Of a DNA stretch of 64,000 bases, positions 27,823 to 38,128 are shown piece after piece (positions within the stretch are counted from its first letter, which is position 1; each line of letters starts with the position of its first letter). The translations under genes and the position numbers were made by a program. The notes beneath the pieces were generated by a model, which was not told the origin of the DNA, did no database searches, and saw nothing but the letters and a program-made list of their open reading frames with translations. The stretch is taken from the IMG/VR virus record IMGVR_UViG_3300049491_000419, positions 27,483 to 91,482 of that record. One strand, written 5' to 3'. The DNA comes from a virus.

Positions 27823-28824
27823 ATGTCACAACAACAAAAGCTTGAAAAGGTACTGGACCTTCTGTTATCAGAAGACTCAGACCAGGCTGCTGAACTTCTC
27901 CACCAGATCATCGTCGAAAAGGCCCGTGTAATTTATGAAAGTATCGTCGAAGAAGAAGATACAGTCGTAACCGAAGGGGAAGACGAAGTTGGTGGCGAGC
28001 CAAATAAGGACTTCACAGACGAAATTGCATCCGACAAGGATGAAGTTGATTCTGACGAACAGAACGACGGCGAAGCCGGCGGTGGTGAAGATGATGGCGA
28101 AGGCAGCGATGATGAAGATGAAGAAGGCGCAGCCGATGAATTCGGTGGAGATGCTGGCGGTGAAGGTACTACAGAAGAGCGCGTTGAAGACCTAGAGTCT
28201 CAACTTGCTGAACTACGTGCCGAATTCGACGCACTCATGGGCGAAGAAATGCAAGAACCACAACATGCTGATATGGGTGCTGATATGGGTGCTGAAGTTG
28301 CACCTGCAGACGATGGCATGGGCGGAGCTCCTGATTTCGGTGGCGGCATGGGCGGCGAAGATAAGGTCGTTGGTGAAGTTGTAGCTACTATGTTCGAGAA
28401 AAAGAAGGACAAGAAGCTAGAAGTTGCCCCACAGAAGAAAGATGAAAAGAAGGACAAGAAGGTTGACGAAGAGACACAATTCTTGAGCAAGGTTGGCGAT
28501 ACCGGTCAAAAGGGTACTGCAAAGCTTGTCGGAACTGGTAAGAACACACCGCTAGGTGCTGAACAAACCAAGTCGTCGTTCACTAACATTCCTCCACGCA
28601 AGGATTACGGCGGAAAGCCAACAAATATCCTAGGTAGCAAGTCTACCGGCGGCGAATATGGAAAGTACAATGGTGATTCTGCAAAGGATGACACACCATC
28701 TGACAACGTAAAGGTTGATCCTAAGAAGTCTGGCGTAAAGGCTGATACTACTGCAAAGTGGACAGGCGGCAAGGCATCCGGTGAAGGCTTTACAAAGTCT
28801 CCTCTAACCAAGAAGCCAGCTTAA
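27823..28824 (+). CDS. Acidic prohead core/scaffold protein
   Basis: Very D/E-rich with a coiled coil; GGAG SD before MSQQQ (27823); upstream of the prohead protease. Confidence 0.7.
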   Translation: MSQQQKLEKVLDLLLSEDSDQAAELLHQIIVEKARVIYESIVEEEDTVVTEGEDEVGGEPNKDFTDEIASDKDEVDSDEQNDGEAGGGEDDGEGSDDEDEEGAADEFGGDAGGEGTTEERVEDLESQLAELRAEFDALMGEEMQEPQHADMGADMGAEVAPADDGMGGAPDFGGGMGGEDKVVGEVVATMFEKKKDKKLEVAPQKKDEKKDKKVDEETQFLSKVGDTGQKGTAKLVGTGKNTPLGAEQTKSSFTNIPPRKDYGGKPTNILGSKSTGGEYGKYNGDSAKDDTPSDNVKVDPKKSGVKADTTAKWTGGKASGEGFTKSPLTKKPA

Positions 28825-28833
28825 GGAACGAAA

Positions 28834-29475
28834 ATGGCCATGGCAAATAAACTGTACGAGTACCTGACATTTAATCAGGCGCACGTTCAACTTCTAGAAG
28901 AAGATAACAAAATGACTGGTGGTAAGGATCTCTGTATGAAAGGGATCTTTATCCAGGGTGACGTAAGAAACCAAAACCAGCGTGTTTATCCTGTTCGTGA
29001 AATTGCTAGAGCTGTGAATTCGATCACTGAGAAATTGAGCGGTGGCCAATCAGTAATGGGAGAACTCGACCATCCGGAAGAGTTGTCTATTAACTTGGAC
29101 CGCGTAAGCCACCTTATCACAGAAATGTGGATGGAAGGTGCAGATGGATACGGTAAGTTGAAAATTGTTCCAACCCCAATGGGCAACATAGTTAAGACAT
29201 TGTTGCAATCGGGAGCAAAGTTGGGCGTTTCATCCCGTGGTTCTGGAAATGTTGGTGATGATGGTAATGTATCGGACTTCGAAATTATTACTGTTGACAT
29301 CGTTGCACAACCAAGTGCTCCAAACGCATTCCCAAGAACGATATATGAAAGTCTTTTTAACATGAAGGGTGGTGCCAGTGTAATGAATACCGCAAGGTCT
29401 GCATTAACTGAAGCCGCTGCACAGAAACAGCTTGTTAAAGACCTTCACAGATTGATCAACGAGTTGAAAATTTAA
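28834..29475 (+). CDS. gp21: Prohead protease gp21
   Basis: NQNQRVYP, GELDHP, GVSSRGSG, DIVAQPS motifs. Confidence 0.93.
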   Translation: MAMANKLYEYLTFNQAHVQLLEEDNKMTGGKDLCMKGIFIQGDVRNQNQRVYPVREIARAVNSITEKLSGGQSVMGELDHPEELSINLDRVSHLITEMWMEGADGYGKLKIVPTPMGNIVKTLLQSGAKLGVSSRGSGNVGDDGNVSDFEIITVDIVAQPSAPNAFPRTIYESLFNMKGGASVMNTARSALTEAAAQKQLVKDLHRLINELKI

Positions 29476-29487
29476 GGGGAACTCAAG

Positions 29488-30606
29488 ATGGCAAAAAAAC
29501 TAGATGAGATCTTGAGCGAAAGCGTTGGACTATCAGAGGATGTCAGAAGCCAGATCGTTGGCTTGTGGGATTCAAAGCTACTCGAAGCACGTGAAGAAGT
29601 TGCTGCAACACTCCGTGAGGAATTTGCACGTAAGTTTGAACATGACAAGGGTGTCTTAACAGAAGCAATTGATCGCTTCCTATCTGACAAGGTTCGCGTC
29701 GAACTCGAAGAATTCGCCGATGACAAGAGAAAACTTGTCGCTGAACGTGTTGCTTACAAGAGCAAGCTGACAGAGCACACAGGAATGCTAAACAAATTCA
29801 TCACAGAAGCAGTAGCTAAGGAAATGAAAGAGTTCCATGCTGAAAAGAAGGCCATGAAGGAAAACTTTGGTAAGCTAGAGAACTTCCTGTTGAAGCAACT
29901 TGCAGAAGAAATTCGCGAGTTCCGTGCAGACAAGAAGAGCCTAGTTGAACAAAAGGTCAAAATGGTTACCGAAGGTAAGCAGAAGCTACAAGAAACAAAG
30001 GCACAATTCATTAAGCGTGCAGCTCAAATTGTTGAGTCTAACATTGAGAAGACACTACGTACAGAAATTGGACAGTTCAAGGAAGACATTCGTGTTGCCC
30101 GTGAAAACGATTTCGGACGCAAGATTTTCGAGAGCGTTGCCGCAGAGTTCATGACTTCGTATTTGAACGAAGGAACTGAGCTTAAGAAGCTACAAAAGGT
30201 AGTCGAATCCAAGAACAAGGAACTTGCAACACTTAACGAATCAGTTAAGAAGAGCAAGGGATTGATGGAAGGTTTGGATACCAAGTTGAAAGCTACTCAA
30301 GACCTAGTTGAAAGACAGAAAGTCATGAGTGAGTTACTAGCACCATTGTCGAAGGACAAGAAAGCTGTAATGAAAGAATTGCTTGAATCGGTTCAGACAA
30401 AGAACTTGCAAGGTCAGTACAACAAGTATTTGCCAAGCGTTCTAAATGAGGCCGCTGCACGTAAACCTGAATCTGCAAAGACTCAGTTAACAGAGGCGAC
30501 ATTGTCAGCCAAGACAGGCAACAGAGCGGAGGTCGCTCAAGAGGAAGTTACTGAAGAGAGTTCAGAACTACAACACATTTTGTCCTTAGCCGGAATTAGA
30601 AAGTAA
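29488..30606 (+). CDS. gp22: Prohead scaffold gp22-like
   Basis: Long coiled coil with FGRKIFE motif; between protease and major capsid gene. Confidence 0.8.
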   Translation: MAKKLDEILSESVGLSEDVRSQIVGLWDSKLLEAREEVAATLREEFARKFEHDKGVLTEAIDRFLSDKVRVELEEFADDKRKLVAERVAYKSKLTEHTGMLNKFITEAVAKEMKEFHAEKKAMKENFGKLENFLLKQLAEEIREFRADKKSLVEQKVKMVTEGKQKLQETKAQFIKRAAQIVESNIEKTLRTEIGQFKEDIRVARENDFGRKIFESVAAEFMTSYLNEGTELKKLQKVVESKNKELATLNESVKKSKGLMEGLDTKLKATQDLVERQKVMSELLAPLSKDKKAVMKELLESVQTKNLQGQYNKYLPSVLNEAAARKPESAKTQLTEATLSAKTGNRAEVAQEEVTEESSELQHILSLAGIRK

Positions 30607-30623
30607 TCTAGGAGAATACTACA

Positions 30624-31796
30624 ATGGCAACAAAGCTATTTGAATCAAACTGGGGCGCTACAAAAGAAGCCCTATTAGAAGGCCTAAAGGGAACCCGTCG
30701 TCAGTCCATGGACGTAGTGTTTGAAAACACTCGTAGATACTTGGCTGAATCGGCAACCGCAGGCGCAACCCAAGCAGGTAACATCGCTGTACTAAACAAG
30801 GTCATGCTACCGCTTATCCGTCGTGTTATGCCAACAGTTATTGCGAACGAAATCATGGGCGTCCAGCCAATGACCGGTCCAGTTGGACAGATCCACACTT
30901 TGCGTGTTCGTTACGCTAACACAGCCGCTGGCGTTACAGCTGGTACTGAAGCACTTGGTCCATTCGAAATTGCTAAGGCATATTCGGGTAACGAAGTTGC
31001 AGCAGATCCAGGCGCAGCATCAACAGCGCGTCTAGAAGGCGTACCTGGTAACAAGCTCAGCATCCAGATCTTGAAGGAAACCGTCGAAGCTAAGACACGT
31101 AAGTTGTCAGCTCGTTGGACCTTTGAAGCCGCTCAAGATGCAAACGCTATCCACGGTATCGACATCGAAGCAGAAATCATGCAAGCACTTGCACAAGAAA
31201 TCACTGTTGAAATCGACCAAGAAATGCTATTCAAGTTGGGTAGCCTAGTTCCAGTCGCACCAACAACCTTCAACCAAGCCGCTGTCTCTGGTACAGCAAC
31301 ATACGTTGGTGATGAAATGGCTGCTCTTGCAGTTATGATTAACCAGCAAGCTAACCTTATTGCTGCACGTACACGTCGTGGTGCTGCTAACTGGGCAGTT
31401 GTTTCGCCAACAGCGTTGACAATTCTTCAGTCTGCAACTACATCTTCGTTCGCACGTACAACAGAAGGTACATTCGAAGCTCCTACAAACACAAAGTTTG
31501 TTGGTACTTTGAACAGCACAATGCGTGTGTATGTTAACCAATACGCATCTGATGGTGATCCAGTTCTTATCGGCTACAAGGGCCCTACAGAAACTGATGC
31601 CGCAGCTTACTACTGCCCATACATTCCATTGATGAGCGTTGGTCCAGTTATGGATCCACAGACATTCGAGCCAGTCGTATCGTTCATGACACGTTACGGT
31701 TACTTGGAACTAACCAACACAGCTAACAGCTTCGGTAACGCAGCTGACTACCTGTCGAAGGTTGGAATCGATTCGTCGACATTGAAGTTCTATTAA
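30624..31796 (+). CDS. gp23: Major capsid protein gp23
   Basis: LIRRVMP..IA.EIMGVQPMTGPVGQI, KTRKLSARWTFEAAQD, AYYCPYIPL, FMTRYG; likely gp21 cleavage after LAE(42); AGGAG SD. Confidence 0.97.
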   Translation: MATKLFESNWGATKEALLEGLKGTRRQSMDVVFENTRRYLAESATAGATQAGNIAVLNKVMLPLIRRVMPTVIANEIMGVQPMTGPVGQIHTLRVRYANTAAGVTAGTEALGPFEIAKAYSGNEVAADPGAASTARLEGVPGNKLSIQILKETVEAKTRKLSARWTFEAAQDANAIHGIDIEAEIMQALAQEITVEIDQEMLFKLGSLVPVAPTTFNQAAVSGTATYVGDEMAALAVMINQQANLIAARTRRGAANWAVVSPTALTILQSATTSSFARTTEGTFEAPTNTKFVGTLNSTMRVYVNQYASDGDPVLIGYKGPTETDAAAYYCPYIPLMSVGPVMDPQTFEPVVSFMTRYGYLELTNTANSFGNAADYLSKVGIDSSTLKFY

Positions 31797-31823
31797 TCCG
31801 ACTCCAGGATTAGAAAGAAATTT

Positions 31824-31853
31824 AGGGACCCTCCGGGGTCCCTTTTTGTTTTT
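31824..31853 (+). terminator. Intrinsic terminator after the major capsid gene
   Basis: AGGGACCC-TCCG-GGGTCCCT followed by a T run. Confidence 0.9.
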
Positions 31854-31854
31854 C

Positions 31855-31863
31855 TGATAAATA
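31855..31863 (+). promoter_or_regulatory. Late promoter box TGATAAATA
   Basis: Right after the terminator, upstream of ATG 31888. Confidence 0.75.
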
Positions 31864-31887
31864 TATCAATATTGTAAGGATATCAAA

Positions 31888-32223
31888 ATGGCAGTATCAG
31901 TGAACTCTGTAAAACTAAATTCTGTAAAAATGGGCGCACCCCTTGTAGCACCTACAGGAACATTTACAATTATCCCCGGATCTATTGTAGCTAATGGACT
32001 TAGCACAACAACATTTACCTGGACTTCGTCCAACGCAACATCTGCTGTCGGAACTCAGTTCTCTGGACCAGATTCTGATAATGATTGGCCGGGAACAAAA
32101 TCCCTGTCAGGAAACCAAATTATAGGAGAAGTTATTCTCCTAACAGGTTTATATGTATATGCGATTACATTTACCGGTCCCGGCGGATCTGTTACATATT
32201 ATGCTAACCTAACAAGAACATAA
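31888..32223 (+). CDS. Small virion protein, Ig/PKD-like beta-sandwich (possible head decoration)
   Basis: TTTFTWTSSNATS...Y.ITFTGPGGS pattern; AAGGA SD. Confidence 0.6.
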   Translation: MAVSVNSVKLNSVKMGAPLVAPTGTFTIIPGSIVANGLSTTTFTWTSSNATSAVGTQFSGPDSDNDWPGTKSLSGNQIIGEVILLTGLYVYAITFTGPGGSVTYYANLTRT

Positions 32224-32236
32224 TAAGGAATTCAAC

Positions 32237-34927
32237 ATGGCAGTCAGCATTAGAGGTGCATTTCTAAAAGGTCTAAAAATTAGTAGCAGTAGTGGTGGTA
32301 CTTATTTTATTCTTGATCATTTTAATGGAACAGGAAATATTGGAGATCACACCGGTGACAGTGGTGGTACATGGTCTGATGTTGACGTCGGATATACTCA
32401 ATACATTGTTTCTAATCCTGAGAACTTTGTTACTGTAGGATTGCCTATTCCTGCAACTCCTGCATTTCAAATTGGCTTAGAGGTTACTCTTGCAATAAAA
32501 AATGGTTCTAGATTGATTGCTGCCGCACGAGCATATGACACATCGGGTGGCGGTTTCTTCACAAGTGATGATAACGGAGTCACGTGGATTAAAAGATACA
32601 ATCAGAAAACTAATTCGGCCGGATATCCGCCAAAGTATATTGATATTAACATCGATGGGAATAACCTTTTTGTTACCACAGATGTAACAGGAGAAGGCTT
32701 TAGAAGCACAAATAATGGTACAACTTGGTCAGTAATCGACATATTTTCTTCCTATGCGGTCTCTAATGGATACAATCTTGGGCGCATGGGCACAGATGGT
32801 ACGACAATATTCTTAACTGCTGGTTATGTCCAAGATCCAAACATTCCATTCTTCACAAGCATTGATAATGGTCTAAATTGGGCACCGACTGATAATGATG
32901 CAATATATCCGCGATATGATGTTGCTCCATCATATGTAGGAACAGAATACTCATTTGGACAATACTATACATTTGATAATCAAAATTTTGTCATGTATAC
33001 CAGTCCTGATGCAGCATCAAATAACTGGACTGCATACGAAATTGACCTAACAATTAATCCGGAGTTAGCTGGCCACTATGGTGGATCTGCATTAGGGGGA
33101 TTACTCACCGTCTCAGTCACAACACCCGGTAGTGGATACGTAGACGGGACCTATACGAATGTTCCTCTAACAGGTGCAGTATATGGCGTCGGGGCAGAGG
33201 CAACAATTGTGGTATCCGGCGGTGCAGTTACATCGGTAACAGTTACCACCCCGGGAACTAATTATCAATCAAACCCATTCAATCCGGGTAATCCACCATC
33301 AGACATACTATCAGCAAATAATGCAGACCTCGGTGGTTCGGGATCTGGATTTACGGCAACTGTTCTGACATCGGAATTTGCTGGAGTTACAGTTAACAAC
33401 GTGTGGCAACTTTCTGCAGATACATGGATTATTTCTGTTCCAGTGGATTATTCGGGCGGTACAAATTATGGACTATGGAGATTATCAGTAACAACTTCTG
33501 GATCACCTGGATCACCTGGAAAAATTTCAGGGGTTCAAATTTCAGATATACAAGATGATGCACAATTTTCTGGATATGCCCCGGAAATTGATACACAAGG
33601 TTCGGGAATTCTTATTAGTGGCAATTTATTTCTTTCAAAAGGGCAGGGATACACGAATACATATTTGACAACAGCCGCAGATCCGTCAACAGCAGCATCA
33701 AACAATCAGATGGCATACACATTTACACCATATGAATGGTATACTGGATTGTGGCTTGCAACAGTATTTCCGGGATATATGTTTTATGATGGTACAACAT
33801 TGGCTCTCTCCCCGTCCAGTAATACCACTGTCGGTGATCAAACAATTACTATCGGTACTGGCACACCGCACGGTGCACCACCGGCTGCAATACCAGTTAT
33901 TCAGACCGTAGAACTTTCCGGTGGCCAGGCACAGATGCAATCTAGCTATCAGTATGGTATGTATATGCTTTCGTCACTTGTACCGCCTGCCGGGAACTTC
34001 TACGTTGAGCTCGATATTGATATGACAATCACAGCATATAATTACAATATCATATTGATGCCAGTTCAGGGTAGCACACAATACGGACCTCAACTTATCG
34101 CATTTTTTGACTCAACAGGGTATACACCGTATGATAAATATACCACTTCGATGTCATTAATAGCTGAAGATGGTGAGGCAGTATCCTTAATCCCGCTCAA
34201 TGGCAGTCTGCAAAAGACAACCGGAGTTGGTACAAATGGAATTCACACACTAAGGCTTGAAGTAACAAATAGTAATCAAACATTTACATCATTTTTTGAT
34301 GGAGTTCAACAGGATCAACAAATATTCTTAGTTAATGGCGTTGAATATTTTAATATAACTTCTGTAGGTACAGGCTATACATCTGGTACATATCTCGATG
34401 TTCCGTTAACTGGTGGAACAGGCACAGGGGCAAGAGCAGATTTTGTTATGAGTTTTGGATCTATAGGTGTTATTAATTCTGTAGATACAGGAACAGGTTA
34501 TGGTGATGGTTTTTATTATGATGTTGTTTTAACAGGCGGAACAGGTTCCGGTGCCACAGCTAATTTTCAGGTCTCAACCGGGAATGTTGTTTCTGTAGCG
34601 ATGCAAACAGCCGGGGATGGATACACAGCCGGGGATCATTTATCTGTAAATAATATTGATTTTGGTGGTACTGGTTCCGGTTTTGATCTTCTAGTTGTAA
34701 ATATTAACGAAGACATTACTTTAAACATCACCGACCATGGATCTGGATATAATGTAGCAGATGTAATGAGTGTACTTTCCTCAAATGTCGGGGGTACCGG
34801 ATCTGGATTTACTGCAAGCCCGCAACCAGGACAGATGCCAGTGATTGATTCATTTATGATTTTCTATCAACCAGGTACAGATTTCTCAAAGACAGCATTG
34901 CTTGATTTACGTGGTGGATCATTGTAA
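32237..34927 (+). CDS. Multidomain virion protein with BNR/Asp-box repeats and three GxGY..G.Y..V.LTG modules
   Basis: Asp-boxes TSDDNGVTW, RSTNNGTTW, TSIDNGLNW; repeated Gly-rich beta modules. Confidence 0.7.
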   Translation: MAVSIRGAFLKGLKISSSSGGTYFILDHFNGTGNIGDHTGDSGGTWSDVDVGYTQYIVSNPENFVTVGLPIPATPAFQIGLEVTLAIKNGSRLIAAARAYDTSGGGFFTSDDNGVTWIKRYNQKTNSAGYPPKYIDINIDGNNLFVTTDVTGEGFRSTNNGTTWSVIDIFSSYAVSNGYNLGRMGTDGTTIFLTAGYVQDPNIPFFTSIDNGLNWAPTDNDAIYPRYDVAPSYVGTEYSFGQYYTFDNQNFVMYTSPDAASNNWTAYEIDLTINPELAGHYGGSALGGLLTVSVTTPGSGYVDGTYTNVPLTGAVYGVGAEATIVVSGGAVTSVTVTTPGTNYQSNPFNPGNPPSDILSANNADLGGSGSGFTATVLTSEFAGVTVNNVWQLSADTWIISVPVDYSGGTNYGLWRLSVTTSGSPGSPGKISGVQISDIQDDAQFSGYAPEIDTQGSGILISGNLFLSKGQGYTNTYLTTAADPSTAASNNQMAYTFTPYEWYTGLWLATVFPGYMFYDGTTLALSPSSNTTVGDQTITIGTGTPHGAPPAAIPVIQTVELSGGQAQMQSSYQYGMYMLSSLVPPAGNFYVELDIDMTITAYNYNIILMPVQGSTQYGPQLIAFFDSTGYTPYDKYTTSMSLIAEDGEAVSLIPLNGSLQKTTGVGTNGIHTLRLEVTNSNQTFTSFFDGVQQDQQIFLVNGVEYFNITSVGTGYTSGTYLDVPLTGGTGTGARADFVMSFGSIGVINSVDTGTGYGDGFYYDVVLTGGTGSGATANFQVSTGNVVSVAMQTAGDGYTAGDHLSVNNIDFGGTGSGFDLLVVNINEDITLNITDHGSGYNVADVMSVLSSNVGGTGSGFTASPQPGQMPVIDSFMIFYQPGTDFSKTALLDLRGGSL

Positions 34928-34942
34928 ACATAGAAGAAAAAG

Positions 34943-34968
34943 AAAAGCAGCCTTCGGGCTGCTTTTTT
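34943..34968 (+). terminator. Intrinsic terminator (possibly bidirectional)
   Basis: AAAAGCAGCC-TTCG-GGCTGCTTTT then TT; C(UUCG)G loop. Confidence 0.92.
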
Positions 34969-34992
34969 GTGGCCAAGGATATTTGAATCATC

Positions 34993-35001
34993 TGATAAAT
35001 A
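34993..35001 (+). promoter_or_regulatory. Late promoter box TGATAAATA
   Basis: After the terminator, upstream of ATG 35026. Confidence 0.75.
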
Positions 35002-35025
35002 TAAGAAACGGTAGGTATACATCTC

Positions 35026-35619
35026 ATGGCACAAAGAGTAATAGTTCAAGACGGAATAGTCTTATATACAGCAAGCGATCCATTGTCTGTCGACATGGAT
35101 TTCAGTGTGGCCGGCCAAGTAAACGTCAGCAAACAAGTTAATATCGGTGATGATCTTCTTGCTCCGGGACTTATTGAAACCCCATTAACAAGTGGTGTAG
35201 ATTTAATCCTAAGAACTCACAATGATGGTGGCACCTACGGAAATATTAGACTTGACAGTGCAACCGATGGTAATAGAATTATTCTTAACAATGTTGCATG
35301 GCCCGACGGCACTGTTTCTCCTGTACCCGGTATGTATTTGGGAGTCTCGGCCCTAAATACATTGCAATTCTATACGCTACCTGCTGGATCTACACCTGCA
35401 TACGAAATTCAATCGGCGGTTGCAGCACAAACAGTTTTTAATACATTAATTTCGACAATTGCAAATAGTCCGGGTGTTGCCCACCTTCAGGTTTTTGTCA
35501 ACGGTGTTAAGCAGATTGAGGGGCTTTCTAAAAATTATCAAGTAACAGGCCCAAACCAAATAACTTTCAACGCAGGTTTACTATTAAGTGACGATGTTGA
35601 ATTCTATGCATTCCCATAA
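35026..35619 (+). CDS. Virion structural protein with C-terminal LQVFVNGV module
   Basis: C-terminal ~70 aa match the modules at 2545-3216. Confidence 0.7.
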   Translation: MAQRVIVQDGIVLYTASDPLSVDMDFSVAGQVNVSKQVNIGDDLLAPGLIETPLTSGVDLILRTHNDGGTYGNIRLDSATDGNRIILNNVAWPDGTVSPVPGMYLGVSALNTLQFYTLPAGSTPAYEIQSAVAAQTVFNTLISTIANSPGVAHLQVFVNGVKQIEGLSKNYQVTGPNQITFNAGLLLSDDVEFYAFP

Positions 35620-35633
35620 AGTAGGATAAATTC

Positions 35634-37451
35634 ATGACACAACAAAAAATTCTAAGCAGTCAGTTGGCAGATTCGGGCGTTGTACCCGGCGCTTACACAT
35701 CATCTAACGTAACTGTTGATGCCGCCGGTAGAATTACAGCAATTGCAAACGGATCAAGTAGTCCAATAATACCATTGAACGAGATACCATATGGTACAGG
35801 TTCGGGTATTACATCGGAGCCGGCATTAACATATAATCCTACCACCAATACAGTTAACGGAACAAATATTATTCTTACAGGTGATGCATTCACACCTGGC
35901 ACACTTATAGCCAGTAACGGTATAAGTACGGTTTCTTATGGTATTCCAAACCGTGGCTATATTTACATGGCACCTAACCTCTATGTAGAGGATATTACCG
36001 GTGTTTTATATTTTAATGGATCGGACAATAATCCAAGAGCGTCAATTGGTTGGGCAGATACCGCTGGCGAATTAAGATATACCGGCACCGGAAACTCATT
36101 TGATGGTTATCTTGCAGTGGGATCAAGCGCCGGGCCCGGCGCTGGCCGAGGAGTATTTACACCTACACTTAAGATATTGAGTACAGGCGGTATTGACGCA
36201 AGTGGAGAAGGCACTGCAGGGCAGGTTCTTACATCGGGCGGTCCGGGTAACCCTCTAACCTGGACAACCGCATCCGGATCTATTTCTGCTCCTGTAAATG
36301 AGATTGTATATGGAACCGGTGCAGGAACAACTTCCGATCCGGCATTTACATATGATTCCGGAACCGATACTCTTACTATTGCGAGTGCAGGACCTGGATT
36401 GATCACAACCGATGCCGGCCAAGCCTTAACAATTCAACCCGGCGGAGCATTAAATCTTTATTCGGGAACCAATCCTACAGGAAGTAATCTAACTATCACT
36501 GCCGGTCTTGGATCTGCAGGCAACGGTGGCCAACTAGATATATCTGCAGGCCAGGCCCTTGGTGGCCAGGGTGGTAATTTAACCATTGCTGGTGGTAGTG
36601 CTGTAACAGGAAGCTTTGCCGGCGGCGCGGTCTCTATCTCTGCAGGCACCTCCACTGGAACTGTTCAGGGCGGAATAGCAATTCTTCAGGGTGGCGCATC
36701 TGTGGCGGGTAAGGGAGGTGATGTTCTTGTCGCCGCCGGGTTATCATCAACACCTGTCCAGCAAGATGGTGGACTTACACTTCAGGCTGGTCAGTCGGGA
36801 CACAACGGTGGTCACGTTAAGGTAATGACAAATGGAACAGAACGTTTGCGTATAGGCAGTCAAGGAACATGGAAAATCAATGGCACTAGCGGTGGCGCCG
36901 GACAGGTATTAACATCCAACGGTCCAGCTGCAACCCCGACATGGGAAGATGCAGGCGGCGGAGGTGGATATCTATTCGTTGCAAGTCTTAGCGCATCGGG
37001 CGTCACATTTAATGGAAGCCCCGTTACAACATGGACAGCTGGCGTATCATCGACCGCATCATATTGCCACTGGGATGCTTATTCAAGTTCTATCATCTTT
37101 GATACTGCCGGGGAATACAGAATCTCAATTATTGCATCAGCAAGTGGTAATGGATCTTGGCCAGACGGATTAACCAGTTATGGTACCACAGTAACAAATT
37201 CTAACTCGAACTATGAAACAAGACATTCATCATATGCCGCTGCTTATCCAAATAATTTCCAAGGAATTGCTGATTTTACCAGTGCCCCATATCAGTATAA
37301 CGAACAATGGACAGATGTCTTTGTTTTTGATCGTGGAGTCGGCCAATCTCAGCAAGTAGGTGTCTACGCTGCTAACTATCCGTCAAGCGGAAGTGTTCTA
37401 TATGTCCAGGCAATTGTTATTGTTGAATTGATTGGCCCACCGGGATTCTAA
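35634..37451 (+). CDS. Gly-rich fibre protein (605 aa)
   Basis: VTVDAAGRITA, GTAGQVLTSGG, G-x-x-G beta repeats, TNGTERLRI. Confidence 0.7.
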   Translation: MTQQKILSSQLADSGVVPGAYTSSNVTVDAAGRITAIANGSSSPIIPLNEIPYGTGSGITSEPALTYNPTTNTVNGTNIILTGDAFTPGTLIASNGISTVSYGIPNRGYIYMAPNLYVEDITGVLYFNGSDNNPRASIGWADTAGELRYTGTGNSFDGYLAVGSSAGPGAGRGVFTPTLKILSTGGIDASGEGTAGQVLTSGGPGNPLTWTTASGSISAPVNEIVYGTGAGTTSDPAFTYDSGTDTLTIASAGPGLITTDAGQALTIQPGGALNLYSGTNPTGSNLTITAGLGSAGNGGQLDISAGQALGGQGGNLTIAGGSAVTGSFAGGAVSISAGTSTGTVQGGIAILQGGASVAGKGGDVLVAAGLSSTPVQQDGGLTLQAGQSGHNGGHVKVMTNGTERLRIGSQGTWKINGTSGGAGQVLTSNGPAATPTWEDAGGGGGYLFVASLSASGVTFNGSPVTTWTAGVSSTASYCHWDAYSSSIIFDTAGEYRISIIASASGNGSWPDGLTSYGTTVTNSNSNYETRHSSYAAAYPNNFQGIADFTSAPYQYNEQWTDVFVFDRGVGQSQQVGVYAANYPSSGSVLYVQAIVIVELIGPPGF

Positions 37452-37452
37452 T

Positions 37453-38070
37453 ATGAGGAGATTGGTTATTACTCCCTGGGACGGAAAAAATGCCAATCTT
37501 TTAGACAGATGTGTTGAAAGCGTAAAAGAAAGCGGAATAGAACATCGCGTAGTACAGTGTGGTCCCGAGTGGGAACTAACAATGTATTCCATGAGAAATG
37601 ATGCTGACGCAATAGCCTGGGTAGATGCTGACGATATTGTGTATCCTGGCGCCATTGTTCTTGCATTTGATATGCTTGAGCAACATGATGTCGGCCTCGC
37701 CTATACAAATGAATGTAGAATAGATCTTAATGATAAACAGACCTATTCATTTACAACAATTCCGAGAACTACATGGGACCTTGCAAGTCATCCAGGATCT
37801 GTACATCACTTAACAGTTACAAGAAAAGACACAATTACTGATCGCGTATTAGAGGTCCATAAAAGAACTAGAACACCGCTCGATTGGGCTATGCGTGTAG
37901 ACGCAGCAGCGCACAGGGGAATGGTTCATGTTCCAATTCTTGGATACGGATGGAGAGAGCATCCGACGCAAATCACGGCAAATCCAAAATGTCAGCTTGA
38001 GATGAGAGAAAGTATTCCACAAGCACGTAATAGTTTTCGAGAATGGATAACCGGAATTAAGCAGACCTAA
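37453..38070 (+). CDS. GT-A fold (GT2-like) glycosyltransferase
   Basis: LVITPW...RCVESV, AWVDADD (DxD), DW...R, LGYGWREH. Start probably MRRL at 37453. Confidence 0.7.
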   Translation: MRRLVITPWDGKNANLLDRCVESVKESGIEHRVVQCGPEWELTMYSMRNDADAIAWVDADDIVYPGAIVLAFDMLEQHDVGLAYTNECRIDLNDKQTYSFTTIPRTTWDLASHPGSVHHLTVTRKDTITDRVLEVHKRTRTPLDWAMRVDAAAHRGMVHVPILGYGWREHPTQITANPKCQLEMRESIPQARNSFREWITGIKQT

Positions 38071-38085
38071 CTATTATCACAAAAG

Positions 38086-38094
38086 TGATAAATA
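38086..38094 (+). promoter_or_regulatory. Late promoter box TGATAAATA
   Basis: Intergenic, upstream of ATG 38129. Confidence 0.7.
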
Positions 38095-38128
38095 ATGAAA
38101 ACACCGATAAGGTAACGGGAAATTCATT

